DNA of 64,000 bases from IMG/VR virus record IMGVR_UViG_3300035498_000356, positions 64,001-128,000 of that record, one strand, 5' to 3'. Source of the stretch: a virus. Its lineage: Duplodnaviria; Caudoviricetes. The notes beneath the pieces were generated by a model that had not been told where the DNA came from, made no database searches, and was given only the letters and a program-made list of their open reading frames with translations. The position numbers were made by a program, and so were the translations under genes. Numbering within the stretch: the stretch's first letter is position 1; each line of letters starts with the position of its first letter. Below, piece after piece: positions 52,201 through 64,000 of the stretch.

Positions 52201-53961
52201 AACAATTACATTTTCATTCTTTCGATTAATTGTTAATATTACGAATTTAGTATTATTAGAAGAATTTTCTATAGGTATTTCAAATTTTATTTTTTCATCA
52301 TTAGCTCCTTTATACCCAAAATTTTCTTGTAATTTTACTTTAAAATCATGTTCTTCTTTAGGTTGAATTTTTCTAGAGTTCTTTTGATTTATTTCAGATT
52401 TAAAGTTAAGAGTCTATACATACTCAGACATATCAAGCATAGGCCTATTATATATACTTCCATTCTCGTCTTGATATGACTATGTTAATATGTTTTTAAA
52501 TATGGAATTAGTAGTCTAACTTACATGTAAAAATACATTATTTGGATCTTTAAAATTGGTTAGATTATACAAACTTCTAGTATTACGTTTTCCAAATATT
52601 TGATAACAAATAGTTCTTAATGCATCTTTCTATGCTGGGCTTAATTCTTTTATAAGTGTAACATCATCTAATAAACCATATTCATATAATTCCGCAATCA
52701 TTGGCATTATTTCAGAGAAATTGGTTCGCAAACTATTAATAATTTGTGCTAAAGATTTGCCATCACAAAATGATTTAGTAGTTTCACTCATATCAAGTGT
52801 TTTTGTATTATCATATAAGTTAAATACCCTACTACTAAAATCGCTATCTTCACCTCTAACATTTAATTTTAGAAATGAAGTTATAAATGCATAATCATTG
52901 AAGTTTAGATATTTGCCTTCAATAGGATTGCCAGCAGAATCGACTAGTTGTGTAGTGTCAATTAACAACTACACAACCTTATCGGATTCTTTCATTATAT
53001 CAATATTTTTACCATCATCTTTACGCCAAGAACCTATATCATCAGCAGTTTTATTTCTGAATTCATATTTATCAGATCCATCTTTTGTACCAAATCTATT
53101 TATTTTAAGAACATCTCCAAATATATGTTTAATATATGAATCGAAATTAGATAAAGCTACCCATGCATTATATGCTTTTAATTTAGCTTTATCTTTTTCT
53201 TTATTAGAACTTAATAAATTATTTAAGTCTTGAGATGTTAATTTACCATTAAATAGACGATTAACAAAATCTATGAATCTACCACTCCATAAATTTGTTG
53301 CTTTTGTTTCACCTCCAACAACTTTATATAAAGTAGTTTCTAAATCATCATCAAGTTTTTTATTAGTATAGTTATTTATATAATATAAAATATCAGCAAG
53401 TAACTTTTCTTGATAACGTCTAATATTTCTATTTAATGCTGCAACACCATTTACTTGTTCAAAATCAACATCTGTTAATTGTCTATTAAATACACATCCA
53501 TCAAATAAGTGTGTTTTTACATCCAATACAGCTAAATCCTAAATATTAGTAGCAGTTCCATATGCATTATCTAGAAATTTATCAGTAGCATTAGATGGAT
53601 TCTAAGATTCTACAGGAACTTCAACCATAGATATTGGAGCCAATTTCGTATCTTTTATTTCTCCATGTAATACTCCTTCTAAATATGGCAATACATTATC
53701 TGTATTTACTGAATCACTTTCACTCTCCAATTCAGCTACATTTCTAACAGTATTTACCAAATTATCAACAAAAGTTATTACATTTGGATCATCTAAATCC
53801 ATAGAAAACTAATCAGATACTTGCTAAAATACAGTATTAAATAGATCTGACACAGATGTAATATCTACATTCCATTCTTTAGAATCCATATATGCATATA
53901 CCATTTCTTCAGCATATGCTGATGCTTGATTTATTTCAAATTTACATTTAGTTACACTCAT
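43210..53961 (-). CDS. Single-chain virion RNA polymerase (crAss vRNAP, 3583 aa, TAG=Gln)
   Basis: 14 track fragments in one frame; AARIPAQNMQS and catalytic GSDFDID (46558-46572); DGAT, KTAVFAL, GTQLDKEH conserved blocks. Confidence 0.9.
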
Positions 53962-56900
53962 ACCGGAGATATTATTTTAGATATTTTACAAGATCTAGTT
54001 TCTTCTTTAGTTTCACCCATCTGTTTAATTAACTCTTCTATATTTTTTATTTCTGTTATTGCATCTTTATATGTTTCTTTTATAGATTCAGGTAGACTAT
54101 CTAATAATTCTAATCGTGTATCTACTGAATCTTTTTGCAATACCCAAGTATCTATTTTACTATATGTAGATGCTAATCTCATATATCTACCTTTTATATT
54201 ATTTTTTAATTCAGAAATAAATTCATTAGCAAAATATACATCTTCATTAGCCAATACTTTCTTACATCTATTTTTAATCTATTCTTTAGTTACTGCTGAT
54301 TCAACTTCTACAGTTTCTGTAACTGTTTCAGAATACTCAAATCCATTATCCTTAGCAATACAATCATATTCAACAACATTTCCAGAAGTATCTTCAACTC
54401 TCATTATAAATTGTTGATTGTCATTAAATGATGTAATCTCTTCATTTGTTTTAGGATTAATAAATTTAACAGATTTGTTTACAAAGAATTTATCATTAGC
54501 TTTTAATAATGAAATTCCAAACTAATATAATAAATAAGGGGATTCTGTATTCGAGTTTACAGATGAAATACATCTACTAAATGCTTCTGAAAGATTATCT
54601 TCGGTTACTTCAAATGATAATCCAGTTCCATCTAATACACTGTTAATTTGTTCTTGTGTATTATCAATAGCCAACTTAATTGCTTGTTTCTTCTTTTCTT
54701 CTTCAGAAACATTACTACGTGATTCTATATTTAAATAGAAATCTGTTGAAGCATTTACTTTCTCACCATTCTCTCCAGCTATTTTAGCCATCTATTCTAT
54801 AAATGGAAGCTTACCATAGAATGTTATTGTTTCAACCTTACCATGAATTAAGAAATCAACATCTCCATCTTCTGTTCTTAATTTACCATCTTGAACATCT
54901 CTGAAATTAAATAATGAATCAATATTACTATTCTTTCTAGTTCTAGGTGTATAATTAAGCATAAAGAATCTAGCATCATCCCCGTTTTCACGCATTAACT
55001 AAGCACGCTTATTATATTTATCTATTTCTGCTTGAATTTGATCAACTATATTCTAATCTATTTTCTTATCTGGACCTTCTACCAGATTTACAAATAAATT
55101 AGTTAATACATTAGTAAATGGTATATTATCTTGATTATTAAACTTAAATGATGATTCTAATGCCAATTGATAAGCTTTATATTTATCATCATTAGTAATA
55201 TCAGAAACCCAATCATCATATAGCTAATTAAGATTTTTGATTGTTTCTATAACCTTTTTTAATCTGCCACCATTAAATGTAATTTTACTATTTCTTGACT
55301 AGAACTATTGTATCAAATCAACATTTTCTGATTCCAATATCAATCTTACTAATTTATGAATTGTATTGTAATATCCAATTTTATAAGATAATCCAGATGC
55401 ATTACCACTCAATGATGTTTTTAAGTAGTTAACATATTGACTAACTGTAGCTAAAGGATTTATTACATAAATCAATTTAATTGTTTTATTTCCAGAATAT
55501 CCAGACTATTGTTGCTCAATATACTTATCAATTAATTCTGATTCTGAAAGCGAGGATTCCTGACTAACAAGTATAAACGAGTGACCAGGCTATACGATAA
55601 CAGATTTCTCTCCCTTTGAATCTTGAATACGTCCAGTTTCAGAAGGAACATGGAATATTCTAGAATAATTTAATCTAGTATCTTCATTATTTAAATATAA
55701 TTGACTAACAGGTTTCCAATCAATTGGATCCTATGTAGTAATATCATATACCAATTTAGTTTCATCCTATTGGAATTTACCTCTTTTCTAAGAGAATAAT
55801 AATCCTTTACACATCAATTTACTAGGAGTCCACTCATTAACATCTTTATGTTTTGGATTTACCACAAATTTCCCATTTTCATATTTTCTTATTCCGAATC
55901 TAAATAAGAAATAATGAGAATGTCTATATATTTTTAAATAGTTTTTAAAATCATCAGAAACGTCTTTATCATTTAATATTTCTTCAAATACTCCTCCAGG
56001 TTCAGAAATCCACTCAGCATCCGTTCTATCTTTATTTTTCTATGCATGTTTTTGGAATATTTCATATTCTTTAGGGAAATATGGTTTTCCTTCTGAATTT
56101 GTACTTAATATTAATGTAATAGGATTGCTTATTGTAAATAATGGAATTTCTAATACATCACCATATTCTGCCTGTCCTATAATTGCTACTAATTGACTAG
56201 TCGGAACCTAATCAGAACCCTAAACATCTTTATCTACACCATATACTTTTTCATCCATTGACTTATGAAGCTAAGTATTTTCAGTAAAATCATCTTTACC
56301 TTTAGCTTTATTACTTTCACGAGCAGATTTAGTATCAACAGCTTTAAATCCAAAGTCAATGTACATTCCATTAAAACCTAATATTTTAGATAATGTATTT
56401 ATCATTTCGGTTTTATTAGAAGATGTTAATAAAATGTTATGTATAGTTCCTAAAAATCTCAATGCTGATTTAGCATCTCTTTTATCTATAATGTTCTTAA
56501 TAAGTTTAGTAACATTTTTAAATTGTGGATATTTAGAATTTTTAGATAATTCATTTAACAATTTAAATCCATTTACACTATCAATTCTAGAATATGATTT
56601 GCCAGAAGGACTTGTATATGTACCTAACTAATCAAATTCAAATAATCCAGTATCTGGATTTACAACAGCTCCTAATTCAAGGCAATTCATACTATAAAAT
56701 TCAACATTAAAATCCATTGAATCTAATGGATTTTTTCTATTCTTAGATTTTTTGCCTTTTTCGTATTTTTCAGAATCGAGATCTGTATTTATTTCATCAA
56801 CACCCTCTTTATCAACTGGTTGTGCCTTTTCTTCGTATTCAGGTTCTTTCTTTGCTTTTTTCTTTTTCCCTTTTTCTTCTTTTTTAGCTTTTTTATTTTC

Positions 56901-59900
56901 ATCAATAGTAATTGCTAAATCATCAAAGCTTTGAATAAAAATGTCAATACCAAAATTCTTACTGATAAATTTTTTCAATTTAACATCATCGAATACAGGT
57001 TTTCCAACGGTAAATATATACTTTATTTCGTCAATATTCTAAATAGGTTCACCTAAATTTCCAGTAATTATAAATTGATGAGGATTGCTTATATCTGATT
57101 CTTCTTTTAATAAAGAAGCATCTCCACTTAATAATTTAAATAAATCTTCAAGAGTATCAATTCCAATATATGGGTAATTAATTAAATCAGATGGTTTTAC
57201 ATTATGAGCTGAAAGTCTTTTATTAAATTCTTTCCATTGTTTATTTAGAATAGTTTCATCTCCACTTGTTAATGTAAATTTAGCACTATCACCTAAATCT
57301 TCAATAAATTCTTCAGCGTAATTTTTAGGCTCCAACTTTGACAAAGCAGATTCTTTTACATTAACATCAATTCCATGTATACTAATATCATATGAACCAT
57401 CCTCGTAATAATTTGTAATAATATACACATTATTACCTTTATATACTACTCTGTCACCAATCTAAAATTTATCTTTAGGAGGTATTGCTGTTTTTTTAGT
57501 AGAAGTTCCACCTCCGGTAGTACCAGTACCTGATGGTGTGCCACCTCCAGCAGGAGTTCCAGTGCCTGATGGAGTACCCGATGGTGTTCCGCTACCAGTA
57601 GGCGTTCCAGTACCTGTTGGAGTAGTAGATAATGAAATATATTCAATTACATTTCCATCTTTATAAGTATCTTTTAATTCCTAAAGATAGTTTTGAGTAT
57701 ATGATTTTAAATGTTCTTTATATCCTTCTTCTGAATATACTGAACTAATAGGCGTACTGTATATCTGTAAAGGATTAGTATTGCTGTAATATATAATACT
57801 TGCCTGAGATGCTCTAGTTAATCCAGTATATACATATTTATAATTCTATAATCTAGATGTAGGAGATTTAGTAATATCAACAATTGAATATCTGGATTCC
57901 TATCCCTATGCTTGATTTCCATGTCTTATTATAAGATGTTTGCTTATTTCAGCATCTGCTGTCAATGCCTTATATAATGGTGAATTTTCATCATCATAAA
58001 TATATAATATTTTTTCATTTTCATCAGCATTTGTATGAGATGTATCAAGTGTTGTTATTATTTTTTTAATGGACTCAATTGCATCATTAACTTTTGTAGA
58101 TATTAAATCACCATATAATTGATTATTTTTCCAATTATGTTCTATTTGTATCATGTTATTAATTGGCGATTCTTCATCTTTACTTTCTTCTATTTGCAAA
58201 AAAGATTCAAATTTCTACTGGTTTGATGTTTTAACTGTATTACCAGTTCGCATTGTTAAACCTAATTTAGGTGGTCCATAAAATTCCTATGAAGAGACAC
58301 CTAAATTTTGCAGTAGTGTTTTAGATTTATATTTTATTTCAGTAATTCCTTCAACACTTGATTGATGATAATCTCCCGCAACAATTACAGATACACCATA
58401 TTTTCTAGCCCATTTATTAATTAACTATAATTCAAGTGAATTAAATAATGTTATTTCATCAATATATAAAACTTTAGGATTATCAGAAGTTTCTTTAAGT
58501 TCTTTTGTTGATACTACATTTCCATATTTATCAATTGCTGTATCTTCTGATGGTATAATATATGCTTTCTTTTCATCATCAAATTCATATTCAGTATAGT
58601 CTTTAATTATACTATCTAAAAATGTTTTTTTATTTTTAGATGTTACTTTCCCTACACCAAATAATCCATTTCCAGTTGTAGTAGCTTCTTCGTTAGTTTC
58701 TTTAGCTCCATGTACAAACCATTTTTTATTTTCTATATTTGGATTTGATTCTATTAACTTATCCAATATAACAAATACAGCAGATGTTTTGCCACTACCT
58801 GCAATTCCTTCTATTAAAGTGAACATATTATATTTAGGAAGACGCAAAGCATCATATCGTAATTCCTTATCAAGACTACCTCCTAAATCTAAACCAGTAT
58901 TAACTTTATAAATAGCAGCATATTCAGAATCACTCATTTTATCAAGTTTTCCTTTAATAGATTTATATTGTCCATTAAAGTATGATCTGAATAATGGTTC
59001 ATTCATTATTTTTGCATACGTCATTCTTACAGCTTCTAGCTACATAGGAATAGTTCCTAAATCACCAAAATCTAGCTAAGAAACAGCATGATAGAAATCA
59101 GAAGATTTTATAGAGAAACAAGATAATAAATATTGTACAAATTGCTAGTCATTTATAGTTTTAATATTTTCATTAGCAGTTGATAGATTTTTATTATTTG
59201 TTAAATCAAACAAATCCAAAAATTGAGTCATGCTATTTGCATCTAGAAGTTTATCTTTAACCTTCTATCCAAATTCATATAAAGCATCCTCAATTTCAGT
59301 TACTCTTTTGCTAAATTCTTGTGTAGTTAAAGTACGCCCATTTGTATCCTATAATACATGTCTCAATTTAGTTTCTAAATCATTCCAAGCATCTCTATCC
59401 CAATCTTTAAATACATCAGTATCACCTCTTTCTAGAAATTTAGATAATGATTTACATCTAGCCTTCATTAAACCATTTCTAGCATTATTCTATTGTTGTA
59501 ATTTATTACCTCTATTTATATTATAAATATTACGCATATAAATCAATTCAGACTAACGTTTATTTAATTCATGAATTAAATCCTAAGTCATTGAAGATTC
59601 AGTTGTAACTAAATTAAGAGGTTCTCCTAACTTCTTAGACAATTCATTCATAATAACATTAAATCCAAATGGATTTCCTTGAGTAATACTTAAAGTATCA
59701 GTTGTAGCACATTTAAGAACTGCTTTTAACATTTGTATATATCTCAATGCTGAATTTATAGATTCTTCTATATCAGCCATTGATTTTATACCATTAATAT
59801 CTTTAGCAGTTTTTAATTGATCATGTATTTTTTTAATTAATTCGGAATAATTAAGTTCTTCGTTATTTACAGATAATGCAAATTTATTTAATATTCCATC

Positions 59901-62900
59901 TATAAAATTTTCTGGTAAAGCATCTATTTTATTTTTTAATTCATCTAAAGTATTTCCCTATTCTTCAGAATCTACAAATGTCTTTAATCTAATTATTTCT
60001 TCATTTAATTCCTACTTCATTACAGATGAAATATATCCTTTTTCAATAATAGGTTCTAGATATTTTTCTAAATTATCAATAATATGTTCAGCAGTACTAA
60101 TCGTTATACCTATTTTTATATCTTCTATTTCTTCTGAATTAGTAAGTGATTCTTTTACTTTAGCTTCTTCTGTATTGCGTTTTTCTGTTTCTAATTTAAT
60201 TTGGTCATTATAATTATTGCTTATATTTTCAACATATAATTTTAAATCACCATCAGCAACTAGTTTATTCTGATTTTCTTGTTCTAATGATTCTTTTAAT
60301 TTTGCTAATTCATCAGGATCTGTTTCAACTATAATCTTTTCATTAATATCATTTATTGATTTATTGATTTTATCAATAATGTCTTTGTGTTCTGATTCTT
60401 TAGCTTTAATTAAATTATCTCTTTCTTCGTTAAGAGATTTTATTTTTTTATCAATTGGACCTAATACTGTTTCAAATTTATCTTTTTCATATTCTTCCTT
60501 ATTTTTAGTATATGCTTCAATTCGTTTCTAATCACCGTTAACCATTTTAGCATATTGATTTAAAGAAAAAACATAACCATTGTCTTCAATAAATTTATCT
60601 AACTAATCAGGATCCAATCTTCCTAATATATTTAATAATCTATCATTAGGATTAAAAGTCATTCCTTTTACAAACTCTCCTTCATTTTTAGATTCATTTA
60701 AGCTAATATCAAATACTTGCCTAAAAGCATTTTCTGCTTTTCTGTATTCTTCAGAATCATAGTCCAATAAAAGTTCAGGAAGTTTAGGATTAACAACTTT
60801 AATCATCTCCATTAAAAATTCAGCAGACTATTTAATTAAGTCACGCTGTTCTGGACTTTTCTTAAAATCAGTATAATCATTCTATGCTTTAGTTTTTTCG
60901 GTATCAGCAAGTTCATCATATTTCTTACCATACTTCTATTTAACCCAAACAGGGAATGGTACAATTCCAAATTCCTAACTTAAAAATGGAGACATTTCAA
61001 AGAATGCACGAGAAGCAAATTCAAGAGCATGTTTACCTTCAACATAATCTTGAATCTCTTTTAATTGATTATTGTACTATTCAGTAAGACGTTCTACAGC
61101 TTCATTATTTTTTACTTCTTCTTCGCTAGTATGCCTTACTTCTGTATCTTCTGCAACTCCATTTTTATTTTTATCAACTACTTTAGCTTTAGCTTCTTCT
61201 AGCGCTTGTTTAGTATTAACTAAATCAGCAACTTTATTATTATAATCTCCAAGAAAATCTAAAGCGGTTTGTGAATTATATAATGATTGATAACGCCATT
61301 CATCAAGAACTTGTGCATCTAAGAACTGACTATCTGTTAAATTAATCTTACTTTCATTAAGTGTATTCTCAACAAAATCAAGTACTTGATTAATCATCTT
61401 TTTAGCTTGATATTCTTGAGATTCTCTTCCAGTTCCAATTAATTCTAATTGCCCTTCTGAATTTTCAGTTGGAGTAGCTTTTAAATCAGAACTAGCGCCT
61501 AAAGCATATTTATTTAATTCTCTACGAATTCCATCCAATCCTTCATTTCTAGCAGTATAAACAAGATGTTGATATGCCCATTTAAGATCATGATTCTTTG
61601 TATCTTTAAGAATCTAAAATGATGTTCCAGCATGTGTTAAACTACCACCAATAAGACCTCCGAAAAATGACATTCCGTATCTGTCGATAATATCCTATCC
61701 ATCCCAACTACGGTCGCCATTTTCATCCCACTTATAACCAAATGAATTTAAACGTGTATCAGAGCCTTTTAACCATTGTACAGTATTAAATAATCCTTTA
61801 GATACATCAGCTAATACTTCTTCAGAAACCTCTTCTACACCTTCGCCAAGGCCTCCTGCTATTGCTCCCATTACAGCTTGTTTAGAAGCTTTTGAACCAT
61901 TAGCAAAGTATTCACCTTTAAAGAAGTCTCTTGCTTTATTTATTACATTCTATGCCCATTTATGGCGATTAGACTTGTCAGCTGCTAATGCTTCTCCAAC
62001 TTCAGCACCAGCTCTACCTATTTCTTCTTTACCAAGTTTACCTGTTAAATGATCCATAAGTTTGCCGACTGCCATTCTATTTTGAGCACGTTCGTTATGC
62101 AGTTCAGGCAATATCCAACTACCTATTTCTGTATTTAATAACCATGCTTCAGCTGCACCGTATCCTAGTGTAAGTAATGACGCTTCTATATCACTAGCTC
62201 CTGCTTGTTTAGCTTCTCCATAAGTATCAGCAACAGTTATACCTGTCATATATCCTTTACTTAATACTTCACCAATTTTCTAATATCCTTTTACAAATGA
62301 ATTAGTTTTAGCTAAAGCATCAAGTGCTGATATTTGATCAATAGATTCATGTAAATCACTCAACTTTAATAACGTTTCTCCAGTAGCTTGTCCAGATTTT
62401 AATTCGTTTTCTAAAGTGAGATATTTATTTTTATATACTATATCTGATTCCGCTTTAAATTGTGAATTTAATTTGTCAATTGCTTTCTAAGAACCAGCAT
62501 ATTTACCTTTAAATAAATAAGGAATTTTTTCAAATATAAATCTCTATTGTTTTAACTATGACATAGTATCTCCAACAAGATTTATAAAGTTTTCAAGATT
62601 CCATACTGATTTCTATGCTTCTTCAGATACATTACCTTGTAATTCCCATGATGATTTAAATCCTTCTAATTCAGATAAAAGAGAATTGTCAGAACCAGTA
62701 GCCATTTTACCTAGTGTTCCAACTAAACCTGCTAGTTGTGGAACCAAACTTATACCAGTAACAACAGGACCGACATAAGAAATAAACATACTTCCGACTA
62801 ATGCTAAGTTTTTCATGATGGTACCACCTAAACTTTTATTAACATCATCAGAATCTAAAAAATCCAATTTGTTAGCAAAAGTTCCTTCTTTGGTAAGTAC

Positions 62901-63605
62901 ATTCATTTTATTAAGTACTTTTCTTCCATAAGTGTCTCTACCATCAAGCGTTTCATAGTAGTATTGTCCATTTGGACCTACTTTCTATTCACCTTTCATA
63001 TGGTGAGTTTTCTATTTAGTTACAGGATCAATATGGTCTCCTTCTTCATCCCAAGTGGCAAGGACAAGAGACTTATCCCAATAATCAAAGAATCCAGAAT
63101 GAGGATCTTCTCCCCATTGTGCATTCTCAAAATTATCACCTGCTGTTAAAGGATTTAATAATACTTTATTCTATTGTGCAAGTTCATCAATAGACATTGT
63201 TTGTCTACTTTGTTCACCCCATCCAACTAATCCAGTTGACTATTTAGTTGGATTTGGAACAATTATCTAAGTATACATATCTTTAATAGATCCTCTTTGA
63301 CTACTATCAACTGTCATGTTAGTAGCTGCATGCTTAAACAATTTATTTGACTCTTCTTTAGCTTTTCCACTAGCCATTACAGAATAGTTTACCTACGCAA
63401 GCTGGTAGGCTTGATTGAACATTTTGTCATCAAACCTACCATCTTCCTTAGTAAATTGTTTTTGTATATATGGATTGCTTTTATAATAAGAAGCACTTTG
63501 TAAAGAAGTGTTATCAGCACTTAACCCTACAGCCATAAAATCTGATGTAGAAAATCCAGGATTTGCTACAACATTAAGCATCATATCATTTTCTTTATTA
63601 GTCAT
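53958..63605 (-). CDS. Giant virion cargo protein with an SF1 helicase domain (3215 aa, TAG=Gln)
   Basis: Track fragments share one frame; EGIAGSGKT, YIDEI, AGDYHQ, AQG*E, YTGLTRAS helicase motifs; N-terminal Gly/Ala-rich helical region. Confidence 0.85.
57496..57630 (-). repeat. Low-complexity (G/S)TP(S/T)G repeat linker inside the 3215-aa protein
   Basis: Translates to TTPTGTGTPTGSGTPSGTPSGTGTPAGGGTPSGTGTTGGGTST; local GC spike. Confidence 0.8.
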
Positions 63606-64000
63606 ATTGAGAAGGATTATTATATGTTAGTTGTGCTTTTATATCATTATCGTATTGTGATTGTAATCTTTCGTACTAATTCATCTAATCAGTAGTAATT
63701 GTCTATCCTGTTCCTGCTAATGCATTTGCATAATTATTTTGAACTGGAATCCAAATAGTTCCTTTATATACATCATCATATGCTCCAAACCAATCATTTG
63801 GATTAAACCAAGTATAATGGTCAAGATCCAAACCTTTAGCAATAGCTTTAGTTTTTTCTTGACTTTCCCAGTATGATTTGAACTACTTTTCATAAGCATC
63901 AAATTCTTGGTCAGAAACAGATTCAAGTAACGGAGTGCTATCAAATCTTTCAACTCCTAATGCTTTATTACTTGTTCTACCATCTAATACAATGAATTGT
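63598..64000 (-). CDS. C-terminal part of a late structural/cargo protein (TAG=Gln), truncated by the window edge
   Basis: QFIVLDGRTSNKAL...YKGTIWIPVQNNYANALAGTG...NNPSQYD-TAA, overlapping the start of the next gene. Confidence 0.7.

Noticed and set aside
57496-57630. GC-rich repetitive stretch as a CRISPR array or DGR repeat
   Set aside because: Degenerate codon-level repeat encoding a Gly/Thr/Pro linker; no fixed repeat-spacer units and no reverse transcriptase in the window
43419-63149. + strand ORFs in the late region (e.g. 43419, 46103, 50435, 53926, 59230, 62964)
   Set aside because: Shadow ORFs antisense to long coding frames; S/L/F/I-rich with no motifs
63717-63953. 78-aa - strand ORF in the track
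   Set aside because: Wrong frame; the TAG-containing frame ending at 63598 gives a protein-like sequence coupled to the next gene
37091-64000. Reading the fragmented - strand ORFs as pseudogenes or many small genes
   Set aside because: Fragments stay in one frame per gene, the breaks checked are all TAG, and TAG falls on conserved Gln positions; this is recoding, not decay

Overview
AT-rich fragment of a crAss-like (Crassvirales, Bacteroidota-infecting) phage genome. Gene content (PolB, NrdJ, ThyX, ligase, sigma factor, amber-recoded late genes) best fits the 'delta'/Suoliviridae group, which is my inference. The + strand (1-37041) carries the replication and nucleotide-metabolism block, mostly in standard code 11. 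Five group I introns interrupt conserved motifs of DnaB (twice), a Sak4-like ATPase, the class II ribonucleotide reductase and PolB. A bidirectional terminator at ~37045-37092 separates this block from the - strand virion-cargo operon. That operon looks shredded in the ORF track only because TAG is read as Gln. With TAG=Gln it resolves into six collinear ORFs: a partial structural protein, a 3215-aa SF1-helicase protein, a 3583-aa single-chain virion RNA polymerase (DFDID), a 355-aa zincin, a 1627-aa PD-(D/E)xK protein and a 60-aa protein. Three observations stand out. (i) The only + strand genes I found with internal TAG codons are three DNA nucleases (a Holliday-junction resolvase, a free-standing homing endonuclease and an intron-borne HNH), which suggests nucleases gated by the genetic-code switch. 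(ii) Cysteines sit head-to-tail at every internal junction of the four large cargo proteins but not at the outer ends, which suggests a covalently linked ejection chain. (iii) Read-through of TAG-terminated early genes would give code-dependent tails and one in-frame gene fusion. No suppressor tRNA, CRISPR array or rRNA was seen in this window.
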